From positions 72,136-136,135 of the forward strand of contig CASEOS010000002.1 in the NCBI GenBank assembly GCA_949289635.1: a stretch of DNA of 64,000 nt, read 5' to 3'. This DNA comes from an uncultured Eubacteriales bacterium. Its GTDB lineage: Bacteria > Bacillota > Clostridia > TANB77 > CAG-508. The notes beneath the pieces were generated by a model. The model ran no database searches and was not told the origin of the DNA. It saw only the letters and a list, made by a program, of their open reading frames with translations. Position numbers and translations under genes: made by a program. This document shows positions 10,003-21,268 of the stretch, piece by piece. The first letter of the stretch is position 1; each line of letters begins with the position of its first letter.

Positions 10003-10760
10003 TAGTTATGATTATATTTTTAGCTTTAAGTGTATTGTTCATAATTGGAACTGTTATCTATGTTAAAAGAAAAGATAAAAGAAATATTACTGCTTCTCCA
10101 CTTCCTAATGCAGGAATAAAAGAGAAAAAAGCAGATAGAAAAAAGGATAAGAAAAAATTATCAAATATATTACAGATAAAAATAAAAGATAACATTATTT
10201 GTCTAGGAAATAGATATTCTATTGTCGCAAATTTGGGTAGTATTGACTATAACATGCTATCTTTTAATGAGCAGGAAAGTGTTGAAGATGTGCTAATCCA
10301 AACTGCTCTTTCAATAGATTCTGCAATTCAATTTTTTTCTACAACTGAATATATAGACACTACAAATGTTATCAAAAAAATCAAAAGTAATAGATTTGAT
10401 AATGAATCAATTAAAGAATACCAAAGGAATTTGGTGTTATATCTAAATAATTTGATGGAAAGTAATAAGGTATCTATCATAAAAAATTATGTAGTTATTT
10501 CTTATGATGGACTTTATAAAAACGCCATAAATGAATTAGATAGAAAATATTTTTTATTAAAAAATAATCTATTAAGGGCTAAAATTACTTGCAATATACT
10601 ATCACAAAATGAATTATATAATTTAATTTATCGTGAATTAAATAAAAATTCCACTTTGAAAATAGATAATTTTTTGCAAGGAGGTGAAAATCTATATGTT
10701 GGAAAGAAAAGAAAGAAAGAGACAAAGACAAGAAAAGAAAGAAGAAAAAAACATATTTAA
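9990..10760 (+). CDS. membrane-anchored T4SS-associated protein (VirB8/TcpC-like position)
   Basis: N-terminal TM segment, 256 aa, lies between PrgI-like and VirB4. Long overlap with the next gene makes the 3' end uncertain. Confidence 0.3.
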   Translation: MWQMIVMIIFLALSVLFIIGTVIYVKRKDKRNITASPLPNAGIKEKKADRKKDKKKLSNILQIKIKDNIICLGNRYSIVANLGSIDYNMLSFNEQESVEDVLIQTALSIDSAIQFFSTTEYIDTTNVIKKIKSNRFDNESIKEYQRNLVLYLNNLMESNKVSIIKNYVVISYDGLYKNAINELDRKYFLLKNNLLRAKITCNILSQNELYNLIYRELNKNSTLKIDNFLQGGENLYVGKKRKKETKTRKERRKKHI

Positions 10761-12536
10761 AAATATTCCAAGTTTAACAGATGTATTACTTCCAGAAGTA
10801 TTAGAAGAAAAGAAAGATTATTTATATCTTGGTTATGATAAATATTCAAGAATATTTGTAATGACAATATTTCCAACAGATACATGGATCGGATGGCTTG
10901 ATGAATTATTTGGAATTGGTAATATAACTATTTCAGTAAAGGTTGAGCCTGTACCTAATGGAAGTGTTATTACTCAACTAACAAAAAAATTAGTACAAGC
11001 ACAAAGTGAATATGCTACATATTCAAAACAAGGGAATATTTTACATTTACCAGCATTAGAAAAAGAAATAATGGATTTGGAAGATTTGAGAATGTTAATA
11101 CAGACTAATCAAGATAAATTATTTTTTGCAACTATATTTATTACTTTAAACTCTGAAACGCTATTAGAATTAAATGAAAAAACAAAAATTTTAGAAGCTG
11201 AATTAAATAAGAAAAATGCAATGATAAGAACATTAAATTTTAGGCAATTAGAAGGTTTTAAAACGGTTTTACCATTAGGAGAAGTTCCTTTGAATAATTA
11301 TGAAAGAAATATGGTTGCTGGTGGTATATCTACATTGTTTCCAATATCAAATCCTAATATTTCACATAGTCAAGGTGCATTTTTAGGAAGAAATTTATCA
11401 ACAAATGCTCCAGTATATTTTAATGGATTTATTGGACCTCCGGAATTACCTAATCCATCAGTTTTTATTTGTGGTATTCCAGGAAGTCGGTAAAAGTGTA
11501 GCTTTAAAAACTCTTACTGCTCGAACAATTTTGACATATAATTGTAATTCATTTTATATAGATGTTGAAGGTGAATACTCTAAATTATGCCAAATGTTAG
11601 GTGGAAAAGTTATAAAAATATCACAAGGCAGACCAAGTGGAATAAATCCATTTGAATTGGAACCGGATTTTAATGGTAAATACGAATTTCTAAATATAAA
11701 TGAAAAAGTATCTGATATAAGAGCATTACTTTCAACAATTACTAGAAATTATATGTTTAGAACATTAAATTCAAATGAAATGACCGAAATAGAAATTGTA
11801 GTAAATGAAATATATAAAGATAAAGGAATTTCTGAAAATGTTAATTCATTATATCAAGAAAATGATGGAAAAATTGCAAATAATAAATATGTCGTAGGTA
11901 AGGTAAAAAAGAAAATGCCTACACTAACCGATTTTCAAAAAAAATTAGATAAAAGAGATAAATGTCCTGAACTCGCAGAATTACTAATTTTATTTTTAAG
12001 AGGTAATTCTATGGGATTTTTTGACTGTGAGAGTACCATTACAGCATCAACTGATGTTATTTGTTTTGATTTAAGTGAGATAAAAGACGAATTTACTAAA
12101 CTTTATTCTTCTGTGGTAGTTCTAAATTGGGCTTGGCAGAAATTTGTATTGAAAAATAAAGAAAAAAATAAAATTATAAATTGTGATGAAGGGTGGTATT
12201 TTTTAAAATATAAAGAGGCTGCAAATTTTTTAGCAGATGTTGGTCGTAGAGGTAGAAAATACCATACGGCATTATATATAGGAAGTCAATTTATTGATGA
12301 GTTCATTCGGAAATGAACAAGGTAAGGCAATTATAAATATATGTCCTACTAAATTCATCTTTAAACAAAATAGTGGAAATGTAGATGAAATAGTTAATTT
12401 TTTTCATTTAGCAGATGGAACAAAACAATTTTTAACAACAGCTGAACCGGGACAATGTGTCATGAATATAAACAACAATGTTACTGCAATAAAATTTGAA
12501 GTTATGGAATATGAAAGAAATTTTGTATTTACTTAA
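10684..12536 (+). pseudogene. VirB4-family conjugative ATPase, split by two +1 frameshifts (about 11488 and 12308)
   Basis: N-terminal Y.R..VMTIFPTDTWIGWLDEL motif. Walker A broken as GIPGSR* / GKSVALKTL. C-terminal ...SQFIDEF / GNEQGKAIINI. Each break is an in-frame CGG followed by a shift. Confidence 0.7.
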
Positions 12537-12589
12537 AAAATATATGTGTTCTTAAAATAATTTATTGCCCTTCTGTTAGGAGGGCTTAA

Positions 12590-14074
12590 ATGAATAAGGT
12601 TTTAAAAAGTTTTGTAATTATAGTTGCAATTCTTTTTTTATTATCTCCTTTTTCTTTTGGAGCTGATGAAATAGATTTTAAAGAACAAATTAAATCAGAA
12701 GAAGGATCATTATTTGAAAAAATAATAGCAGAATGTATTGGAGGAATTGCACAAACAATATTTGATTTTGCAACCTCTGATGAGATGGGTGTCGGATTTA
12801 AAGGTTATGACGAATTAATATTTAACAATAACAAAAGTAATGATAGTTTATCACCTTTTACTAATGAATTGTGGAATAAAACAATGAATTGGTATAATGT
12901 TTTTGCAATAATTTCCGGAAGTCTTATTTTAATTGCAGTATTCATATTATCTTACAAAATAATGAATGCTGGAATGAATAGTAGTAAAAGAAATGAAGCA
13001 AAAGATAATCTAATGAGACTATGCTTTGGTGGTGTTGCAATAGCACTTGCTCCACTTTTTATTAGATTCTTACTATTTTTAAATAATAGTTTAGTAAATT
13101 TACTTGTTACTGCTGCTAATAGTGGTACATTAGATGCTAAACTTGGCGACAGTATGCTTACAAGCATAAAAACTGGAAATGCGATTACAACAGCGTTAGT
13201 TATTGCAATGTTTATATATCTATTTGTGAAATTAAATATTAAATTTATTATTAGACAATTTACAATAATCATATTTACTATATTTACACCTGTTGCTGCA
13301 GGACTATGGATAATAAATAGAAATGTAACTGCTGCTATGATTTGGTCAGGACAAATAATTATGAATATATTTATGCAGTTTATATATTGTTTTTTATTTT
13401 TGATATATCTTGCATTTCTTCCAAGTGGTGGTGGTTGGGCAGTTTCATTAATTTGGGCTATGATGATACTTCCACTTGCAGATGCATTACAAAATTGTTT
13501 ACAAGATTTAACAAGTCGTATTGCTGGTGTTGATAATGAAATGGTAACCAATAGAGGTTTAGGTATGGGTACAGCTATTGGATATAGTTTAGGAACGCTG
13601 AAAGAACAATTTTCTACTCCAAAAACTTCGAATAATCAAAATACATCAAATGGTGGTAATTCATCAGGTAGTGGATTTAGTGGAATTGTAAGTAGAGCTA
13701 AAAATATAATAAATCCTACAAGTAATCTATCAGCAGAAAAAGACTATAACGGGAATATAAACCCTATAAGAAATGTAGTACCTAAAACAACAGAAAATAA
13801 TCAAATTACATTACCTAAATCAGATAATAAAAGTATTTCAAATGAAAACAGTAATTCTAAAAGAAATATAGCAGGAAATGTTATAAAAACAGGAGCAAAA
13901 GCAACAAAAGGCTATCTTTCAATAGGTGCAAAAATGGCAGAAGGTAACTGGAATTCTAATCAAAATAGAAATAACAATAAAATCAAAAGTACAATGCAAC
14001 ATACAGAATATGTAAGTAAAATTGCTAACAATCAAGAAATACAAAAGAATTTAGGTGATGAAAATGACTCTTAA
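12590..14074 (+). CDS. polytopic membrane protein, VirB6/TrbL-like conjugal transfer channel candidate
   Basis: Signal peptide, at least 6 TM helices, Ser/Asn-rich C-terminal tail. Positioned after VirB4 as in Firmicutes T4SS. Confidence 0.4.
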   Translation: MNKVLKSFVIIVAILFLLSPFSFGADEIDFKEQIKSEEGSLFEKIIAECIGGIAQTIFDFATSDEMGVGFKGYDELIFNNNKSNDSLSPFTNELWNKTMNWYNVFAIISGSLILIAVFILSYKIMNAGMNSSKRNEAKDNLMRLCFGGVAIALAPLFIRFLLFLNNSLVNLLVTAANSGTLDAKLGDSMLTSIKTGNAITTALVIAMFIYLFVKLNIKFIIRQFTIIIFTIFTPVAAGLWIINRNVTAAMIWSGQIIMNIFMQFIYCFLFLIYLAFLPSGGGWAVSLIWAMMILPLADALQNCLQDLTSRIAGVDNEMVTNRGLGMGTAIGYSLGTLKEQFSTPKTSNNQNTSNGGNSSGSGFSGIVSRAKNIINPTSNLSAEKDYNGNINPIRNVVPKTTENNQITLPKSDNKSISNENSNSKRNIAGNVIKTGAKATKGYLSIGAKMAEGNWNSNQNRNNNKIKSTMQHTEYVSKIANNQEIQKNLGDENDS

Positions 14075-14740
14075 AGATAAAGCAAAAGACATAGCAAAAA
14101 AGAAAATAAAAAAGTTACTATTCACAGTAATTAGACCATTTCTACCATTCATTATAGTCATTGTAGGAATTGTTTTGGCAGTATGTACTGTTGTGGATTC
14201 ATTATTTACTACTGAGGAGGATATGCAAGTTGCAGAACAACTTTCTAATGATAATTATGAAGAACAATATGCACAATGGTTACAAGAAAAAGGAAATTCT
14301 CCTACAAGTATAATAAACGGTATAGGATTAGTCTCCAAAGGTATGTTTACATGGCCTATACCTGGATATACAAAAATTACTTCTAAATTTGGCATGAGAG
14401 TACACCCAATAACTCGGAATATATAAATTACATAGTGGTATAGATATTAGTGCTCCTACTGGTGCTGATTTTGTAGCAATGGCAGATGGTATAGTAACAA
14501 AGGCAATTTATAATAATGCTTATGGTAATATGGTTATGATAGACCATCGGAAATGGAATTATAACTTTATATGCACATGGCTCTGAAATATTAGTTGCTA
14601 CAAATCAAACAGTAAAACAAGGCCAAGCAGTTTTGAAAGTTGGCTCAACAGGATATTCAACTGGACCACATGCACATTTTGAAGTTAGAATAAATGGAAG
14701 TTTTGTAGATCCTATGGCATATTTTGAAGGAGGTGATTAA
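14055..14740 (+). pseudogene. M23-family peptidoglycan hydrolase (VirB1/TcpG/CwlT-like), split by two +1 frameshifts (about 14415 and 14548)
   Basis: N-terminal TM. HPITGIYKLHSGIDISAPTG...MIDHGNGIITLYAHGS...GPHAHFEVRING M23 motifs are restored only after deleting single C at TCGG sites. Confidence 0.7.
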
Positions 14741-14743
14741 ATA

Positions 14744-15118
14744 ATGGTTCTTATTTTCACAGGAAAAGAACAATTAGATAAAGACTTAAATAAAAAAATT
14801 ACAAATAGCCGTGTAGTTTATTATCCGGACTATGTTTTAGAGGAAAAAGAGGCAACTACATTAATTATTACTGTTCAACCTAATAAATTTAACTTTAAAG
14901 AATTTTTATTTAAAGTTAGGCAAAAAGATATACAAGTTATTCTTATTTTGGAAAATTCAAAAGTGAATGAGTTAAAAGATGCTTTAGTTTTAGGAATTTA
15001 TGATATAGTTTTTGACCCATTTACATTAGATGATGTGTGTAATAAATTAGAACATCCATCATCATTTTCTAAAATTTCATCATATATAAAAGAAATATTA
15101 GAATTAGATAATATCTAG
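14744..15118 (+). CDS. hypothetical protein
   Basis: 124 aa ORF. ATG immediately after the M23 gene stop. Confidence 0.3.
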   Translation: MVLIFTGKEQLDKDLNKKITNSRVVYYPDYVLEEKEATTLIITVQPNKFNFKEFLFKVRQKDIQVILILENSKVNELKDALVLGIYDIVFDPFTLDDVCNKLEHPSSFSKISSYIKEILELDNI

Positions 15119-15150
15119 TTCTTTTTATTTTTTGGAAAGGAGGTAAAATT

Positions 15151-15741
15151 TTGAGTAAGAAACTAAAAAAGTCCATTGCAATATTTACTACCATCATATT
15201 AGTTATAATAGCAGTAGTTTCAACATTTTTTATTATAAAGTATTTTATAAATAAAAAAGAAATAGACACTACTACTGAATACTATACAGAAGATAAAATT
15301 CAAGAAAGATTAACTAATGATGATGAAAGTGTAACCAAAGAAGACTTGACATTAAAAATTAATGGAGAAACAGTTTTGGGAGTTATAAATATTTCAAAAA
15401 TAAATTATGAAGGCTTAGTATATGAAGGAACTAATCTTGAAACATTAGATAAAGGGATTGGACATTTTGAAAATTCAAGTTATTTTGAAGGTAATGTATG
15501 CTTAGCAGGACATAATTATATTGGTGTTTGGAAAAATTTATATACTTTACAAAATGGAGATAAAATAACTTATACAAGTTTTTTAGGTACAAAAGAATAT
15601 GAAGTAAATAAAGTCGTACAAGTAAATGCTACTGATTGGACATTATTAGAAGATACTGATGATAATATTTTAACATTAGTAACTTGTGTTAAAAATGAGC
15701 CAAATTTAAGACTCATAATTCAAGCAATAGAATGTAAATAA
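15151..15741 (+). CDS. sortase-family transpeptidase
   Basis: N-terminal TM anchor. Catalytic LAGHN (His) and TLVTC (Cys) motifs and downstream conserved Arg. Confidence 0.65.
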   Translation: MSKKLKKSIAIFTTIILVIIAVVSTFFIIKYFINKKEIDTTTEYYTEDKIQERLTNDDESVTKEDLTLKINGETVLGVINISKINYEGLVYEGTNLETLDKGIGHFENSSYFEGNVCLAGHNYIGVWKNLYTLQNGDKITYTSFLGTKEYEVNKVVQVNATDWTLLEDTDDNILTLVTCVKNEPNLRLIIQAIECK

Positions 15742-15828
15742 AATTTTCTTTACTTGACCATTGTCAAAACTATATAAAAGGTGTTACCCTTAAATATAAC
15801 AAATTTATAAATGAAAGGGTGATGTCTT

Positions 15829-16527
15829 ATGAAAAGGAAAAAGAAAATTTGTATATGTATAATTATTGTTTTAACTTTTATTATTTTAGGTAGTCTATTA
15901 CTATTCTTTAACAAAAAAGAAATTAAAGTAGCAGAAAATCAGGAAAGTCAATTACAAGAAGAAAATATTGCTACTGAAAATTCTATAAATAATGTAATAG
16001 ATGAAAATGCTATAACTCAAAATGAAGTGACTGAAAATAATACTATTACAGAAGCACAAGATATTACAACAGATAATAATGTAAATAATACTAAAAAGGT
16101 TACAGTGGAAAGCACACCAAAAGTTGCTCAAAATAGTAAGAGTCAAATAGCAGTTGTTCCTAAAAAGGAAACTGTAACTGAAACACAAGTTGCTGAAAAA
16201 AAAGAAACACAAGAAAATAAACAGGAAGAGACAAAAGAAGAAAGTTCTTCACAAGTATCTCAAACAAATGTAGAAAAATATGTAAGAAATGATAGTATGA
16301 TTAGTAGAATAAAACAAGTAATCCAAAATAATGAAACACAAGATATGAAAACATTTGGATATAATATAGTTGTAGATTCTTCAATTAAAAATCAAACAAA
16401 TCAATTTACATTCACAGAAAGCAGAGTAATAAATGCTATAAGATTAAAATTTGGTACAATAAGAATATATGCAGAGGATTATTATTATAACGGTCAACTA
16501 ATCATGACGGAATGTTACATATTATAG
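15829..16527 (+). CDS. secreted/membrane-anchored hypothetical protein
   Basis: N-terminal TM then T/N/E-rich low-complexity region. Terminator hairpin at 16531-16555. Confidence 0.3.
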   Translation: MKRKKKICICIIIVLTFIILGSLLLFFNKKEIKVAENQESQLQEENIATENSINNVIDENAITQNEVTENNTITEAQDITTDNNVNNTKKVTVESTPKVAQNSKSQIAVVPKKETVTETQVAEKKETQENKQEETKEESSSQVSQTNVEKYVRNDSMISRIKQVIQNNETQDMKTFGYNIVVDSSIKNQTNQFTFTESRVINAIRLKFGTIRIYAEDYYYNGQLIMTECYIL

Positions 16528-16616
16528 GTAAAAGCACTTTTATAGGTGCTTTTTTAAATACTTAAATATAGTGTTTCCTTCTATACCCTTCAAATTTATT
16601 ATAGGAGGAAATTTAT

Positions 16617-19188
16617 ATGATAAAGAAATGTGCAAAAAAAGGAATAGCAATTTTGCTATTAGTTTTAAGTTTATTCTCTGTATTTTCAAATGTATTTGCT
16701 GCAACCCCAATAAGTTCAGCCTTGATAAAAAATGGTGGAGATTGTGGATACCATTTACAATTTTGGGATAGTTCCCAAAATGCTTGGTCTTATGTAAAAA
16801 CTACATATGTGTATTATGAGGAAGGTGGAAAGCAATATCCAGCATATTGTATGCAACCATCACTTCCTGGTGTTGGAGAAAGTGATGAATACAATGTTAG
16901 TGTAGATGACATTGTAAATGATGTTCGTTTATGGAGAGTCGCAATCAATGGCTATCCATATCAAAGCCCTCAAAGTATGGGATTAGAAAATCAATATGAT
17001 GCATTTGTTGCAACTAAACAAGCAATTTATAGAATTTTAGATGGTAGAGATGCAAATAGTTTCTATAATGGTGGAGATAGCAGAGGTCAAGCCATAAAAA
17101 ATGCTATTATTAGATTAGTAGATATTGGTCGCAATGGAACACAAACCCCTATGAATACTGATGTTACAACAAATAAAGTAGGCAATTTTGTTGAAGATGG
17201 TGATTACTACTCACAAGAGTATTCTATAACAAGTCCAGTGGAAACATCTGAGTACACAATTACTGCTACAAATGGATTACCTAATGGTGCCCAAATTACA
17301 AATATGTCAAATAATGTTCAATCAACATTTAGTGGAAGTGAACATTTTAAGGTAAGAATACCTAAATCAAGTCTTTCTAATGATATAAATGTAGTAATTG
17401 TATTACAAGCAAAATGCAAGGTTTATCCAGTTTTCTATCGGAAAGACAACTGTTCCTGGAACTCAAGACTATTTATTGACATATGATCCGTTTGGAGATG
17501 TTGCAGGTCGTGCTGACTTAAATGTAAAAACAAATACAGGAAAAATAAAAATAATTAAAAATGATGAAGATACAAATGAGCCAATTCAAGGGGTTACATT
17601 CCAATTAAGTAAAGAAGATGGAACAATAATTGCAAATGCTACTACTAATGAAAATGGTGAGGCTACATTTCCTAATTTGTATCAAGGAAACTATATATTA
17701 AAAGAAATTGCTACAAATGACAATTATATCTTGTCAGATGCTGAATTTAATGTAAATGTAGAATTTGATAAAACAATTTCTCAAACAATTACAAATGAGC
17801 ATAAAAAAGGAGATTTGACTGTCTATAAGGTAGATAAAGATAATAATCGTATCGCATTGGGTGGTGTAACTTTTGATTTATATAGTGAAGAATTTGGAAA
17901 AGTAATTGGAACTTATGTTACAGATGAAAACGGAGAAATCCATGTAAAAAACCTTAGGACAGGTAATTACAAATGGATAGAGAAAGAGACAAATAAATGG
18001 TACAACTTAGCAGAAGATACTACAACAGAAGTGGTATGGGATAAAGATACTGCTAATACTATCGAAAATGAATTAAAGAAAGGTCAAATTCGTGTAATCA
18101 AAGTTGATTTAGATAACAACGAGATTAGATTGGAAGGTGTTGAGTTTGAAGTATTAGATAAAGACGGCAATGTTTTAGAAAAAATCATCACTGATGAAAA
18201 TGGTGAAGCACTAACAAAAAGATACCCTATCAGAGACTTTTCTGAATTAACTTTAAGAGAAGTAAAAACACAAGAAGATTATGTATTAAATGAAGAACCA
18301 CAGACAATAGAATTAACAGAAGATGAAATAACAGATATTGAATTTACCAATGAACGAATAAAAGGATTTGTTGAAATTACAAAAGTAGACTCAAAAGATA
18401 AAGATAAAAAATTAGAAGGTGCTGAATTTGGTCTATATAATGAAAAGGATGAGTTAATCGATACTCTAATTACAGATGAAAATGGAAAAGCTGTTAGCAA
18501 AGAATTATACAAAGGAAAATACTATTTAAAAGAATTAGATACCGGTTCTGTTTACTATTTATTAAATGAAAACACTTATGAATTTGAAATCGTGAATAAT
18601 GGAGAAACCGTACCAGTAGAAATAGATAATGAGCCAACAGATATTACAGTAGACGTTGACAAAGAAGGTACAACAGAAATTAAGCCAGGAGAAAAAGTTG
18701 ATTATACATTTACTAATGTTGCAAATAATTCTAATGTATATTTAGATAACTTCAAATGGTATGATTACATTCCAACGGATTATGTCCGTTTGGAAAAAAT
18801 GACAACTGGCACATGGAATCAAGATTTAACTTATGATGTTTACTATAAAACAAATAAAACAGAAGATTATATATTATTTAAAGAAGATTTAAGTACACAA
18901 GAAAATTATGAGTTAGATTTCACAACAATAGATTTATCAGAAGATGAATATATCACAGAAACTTGTTTTGACTTTGGAAAAGTAGAAAAAGGATTTAGAG
19001 AAGTAACATCTCCAACAATGCAATGTAAATCGTTAGATACATTACAAGATGGAGATACTTTTACAAATCATACAAAAACAGTAGGTATATATTATGGTGT
19101 AACTGCTGAAGCTGACAGTAAATGGACAACAATTACACATATTCCTGAAAAACCTACTTGTGAAACACTACCAAAGACAGGAAAATAG
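16617..19188 (+). pseudogene. thioester-domain (TQXA-type) / Cna B-repeat surface adhesin with C-terminal LPKTG, frameshifted at about 17439
   Basis: Signal peptide. Cys-containing YCMQP and TKQAIYRIL (TQxA-like) thioester-domain motifs. At least 4 Cna B-type repeats (G.L.V.KVD.D...L.GV.F.L). Ends ETLPKTGK*. Split at TATCGGAAAG. Confidence 0.65.
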
Positions 19189-19248
19189 AAAATATATAAA
19201 TTCTTTATTATTTGCCCTTTAATACAATTTATAGGAGGAATTTATTTA

Positions 19249-19523
19249 TGGAATTTAAAATTACAGAAGTTAGAATTTTTAAAATTAAACAAAGAGGTGC
19301 ATTATTAGGTTATGCAAATATAGTAATCAATGATTGCTTTATTATTAGAGGAATACGAATATTGGAAAATCAAAGAACAGGAAGATTTGTTGCAATGCCT
19401 GCTCGTAGATTACCAGGAGAAAAAAGAGAATATAAAGATTTATGCCATCCATTAAATCAAGATGTGAGAAATTTAATTACAAAAGAAATATTTAATGCTT
19501 ATGATAAATTAGATGAAGAATAG
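19249..19523 (+). CDS. spoVG: SpoVG-family protein
   Basis: MEFKITEVRIFKIKQRGALLGYANIVINDCFIIRGIRILE...FVAMPARRLPGEKREYKDLCHPLNQDVR matches SpoVG. AGGAGG RBS. Terminator at 19529-19571. Confidence 0.7.
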
Positions 19524-19571
19524 TGGTTAAGTCCTTTATTTGCCCTTACTTTATAAGAAAGGACTTTTTTT

Positions 19572-20177
19572 ATGATTTTATCAGATAAGTTATATAATGA
19601 ATTATTAAATTTAGGAAAAGATATAGAAAAAATCACAAAATCAAAAAGCACAAATGATATGCAAATGGAAACATTTTTAAGAAATTTGGAAAAAAGAAGA
19701 TATAATATTTTAAGTGAAGTAAAATTATACAATAATACAGTAGAATATAAGACAGATAAAATAAAAAATATTAGTTACGAATATAAGGCTGAGGTTATAG
19801 ATAATACACTAAAAATATATATACCTGAACCAATGCCATCATATAGAAATTTAAAAACCCATGCTTATAAAAACATTTTACTAAATATTACAGAAGTAAC
19901 AAAGCCATACAAAAATATGTTTAATGAAAAAGTTTTTGTATATATTAAAATATTTGACAATATAAAAGGTTGGGATATAGATAATAAATATATAAAACCA
20001 ATATTTGATTCTTTAATTTCAAATAAAATTATAGAAGATGATAATATTGAAAAAATGTTTTATACTGCAAGTGGTGTTTTTTCAAATGAACCACATACAG
20101 AGGTATATATAACAAGTATAAAAAATGCTGAAAATCTTTTTAAAAATGTATTAGATGAAAATGTCTTTTTTTTCTGA
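19572..20177 (+). CDS. RusA-like Holliday junction resolvase domain protein
   Basis: C-terminal DIDNKYIKPIFDSLISNKIIEDDNIEKMFYT resembles the RusA DxDN...DD catalytic region. Longer than canonical RusA. Confidence 0.4.
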   Translation: MILSDKLYNELLNLGKDIEKITKSKSTNDMQMETFLRNLEKRRYNILSEVKLYNNTVEYKTDKIKNISYEYKAEVIDNTLKIYIPEPMPSYRNLKTHAYKNILLNITEVTKPYKNMFNEKVFVYIKIFDNIKGWDIDNKYIKPIFDSLISNKIIEDDNIEKMFYTASGVFSNEPHTEVYITSIKNAENLFKNVLDENVFFF

Positions 20178-20335
20178 TTTTTAAATCTTGAAAATTAGGA
20201 CATTTTTTTATTTTATAAAACACATATATTTCAATACTTTAAAGCATTTAAAACGACATTTCAATCTCGGCTGGATAGGTGTGTGAGAGCGTGAGCTATC
20301 ACATTCCTAGCCAAAGTACAGTATATGGAAAGTGA

Positions 20336-21268
20336 TTGGTAAAGGTGGTGATAATTATTAAAAGTATTTTTCCAAAGAATGAAAATGAAATAGAATTAGT
20401 AAAATTTATTGGTCGTTTTCAATATCTATCAAGTAAAGATGTTAAATATTTTTTTAATGATACATACTATCCAAAAAGAATTGCAAAATTAATTAAAAAT
20501 AATATTTTAAGAAGATATAAAAAATATTTAGTTCTAGCAGAAAACGGACAATACTTTATGAAAATATTAGGTCAAAAAACAACACAGTTAAGATATGACA
20601 AGAAATATACAGATAGACTAAAATTTATAAGTCATTTAGCAGCATTATATAATAAAGACACTAGAATATCATTTATTCCATCTTTTGAAATCAAAGATAA
20701 AACAGCATTTACAGAGAGTTCTCGTAAATTTATTGGGATTTTAAATATATTTGGTGTAAAATATCTAACTTATCATATATCGGAAGAACATACTGAAAAA
20801 TATATAAGGTCTGTCATTTTTGATCTTCAAAAAGAAACTATGTATAAAAATATTTTAATTTTAATAAATGATATAAATAGGCTAAATTTAAGAGATTTTG
20901 CTTTTGGATTTAATTCTGTTATTATCTCAAATGATACAGATGAAGAATTAGAAAATTTAAAATATATTCATCAAGTTAATTGGCCTAAAATGATACATAA
21001 GTTATATAAAGATACAGTTCATATATCAGAATATAATTTTTGTGATTATACAAACAATAAAGATAAATATATTACTACTTTTTATTTATTAGATATAGAA
21101 AAAATAAACAAAATAGATGTGTTTTTGAAAAGTAACAGTGGAAAACAAGTAGATATTATTTGTGGTGAAAATATAGTAAAATATTTAGGAAAGGAATTGC
21201 CTCTTGCAAATTATAAACTTATCAATATATCTGATTTCATAGAAAAAGATATAAGAGTTTATGACTAA
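20336..21268 (+). CDS. hypothetical protein, possible replication-relaxation/relaxase-like protein
   Basis: 310 aa with N-terminal winged-helix-like segment. Lies directly upstream of the coupling-protein gene and downstream of a GC-rich structured island (20230-20335). Start codon uncertain. Confidence 0.3.
   Translation: MVKVVIIIKSIFPKNENEIELVKFIGRFQYLSSKDVKYFFNDTYYPKRIAKLIKNNILRRYKKYLVLAENGQYFMKILGQKTTQLRYDKKYTDRLKFISHLAALYNKDTRISFIPSFEIKDKTAFTESSRKFIGILNIFGVKYLTYHISEEHTEKYIRSVIFDLQKETMYKNILILINDINRLNLRDFAFGFNSVIISNDTDEELENLKYIHQVNWPKMIHKLYKDTVHISEYNFCDYTNNKDKYITTFYLLDIEKINKIDVFLKSNSGKQVDIICGENIVKYLGKELPLANYKLINISDFIEKDIRVYD

Noticed and set aside
9990-10760. Treating ORF 9990-10760 as the N-terminal part of a frameshifted VirB4
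   Set aside because: The conserved VirB4 N-terminal motif (Y.R..V.TIFP...WIGWLDEL) lies at the start of the next ORF (10684-), so the 256-aa TM-anchored protein is more likely a separate VirB8-position gene. No CGG-type site in the overlap.
12952-13551. 199-aa minus-strand ORF inside the VirB6-like gene, and similar antisense ORFs (1083-1274, 1846-2094, 4342-4665, 15952-16212, 35936-36247, 44469-44929, 51557-52245 and others)
   Set aside because: Fully embedded opposite longer ORFs with recognisable domains. AT-rich shadow frames; no independent support.
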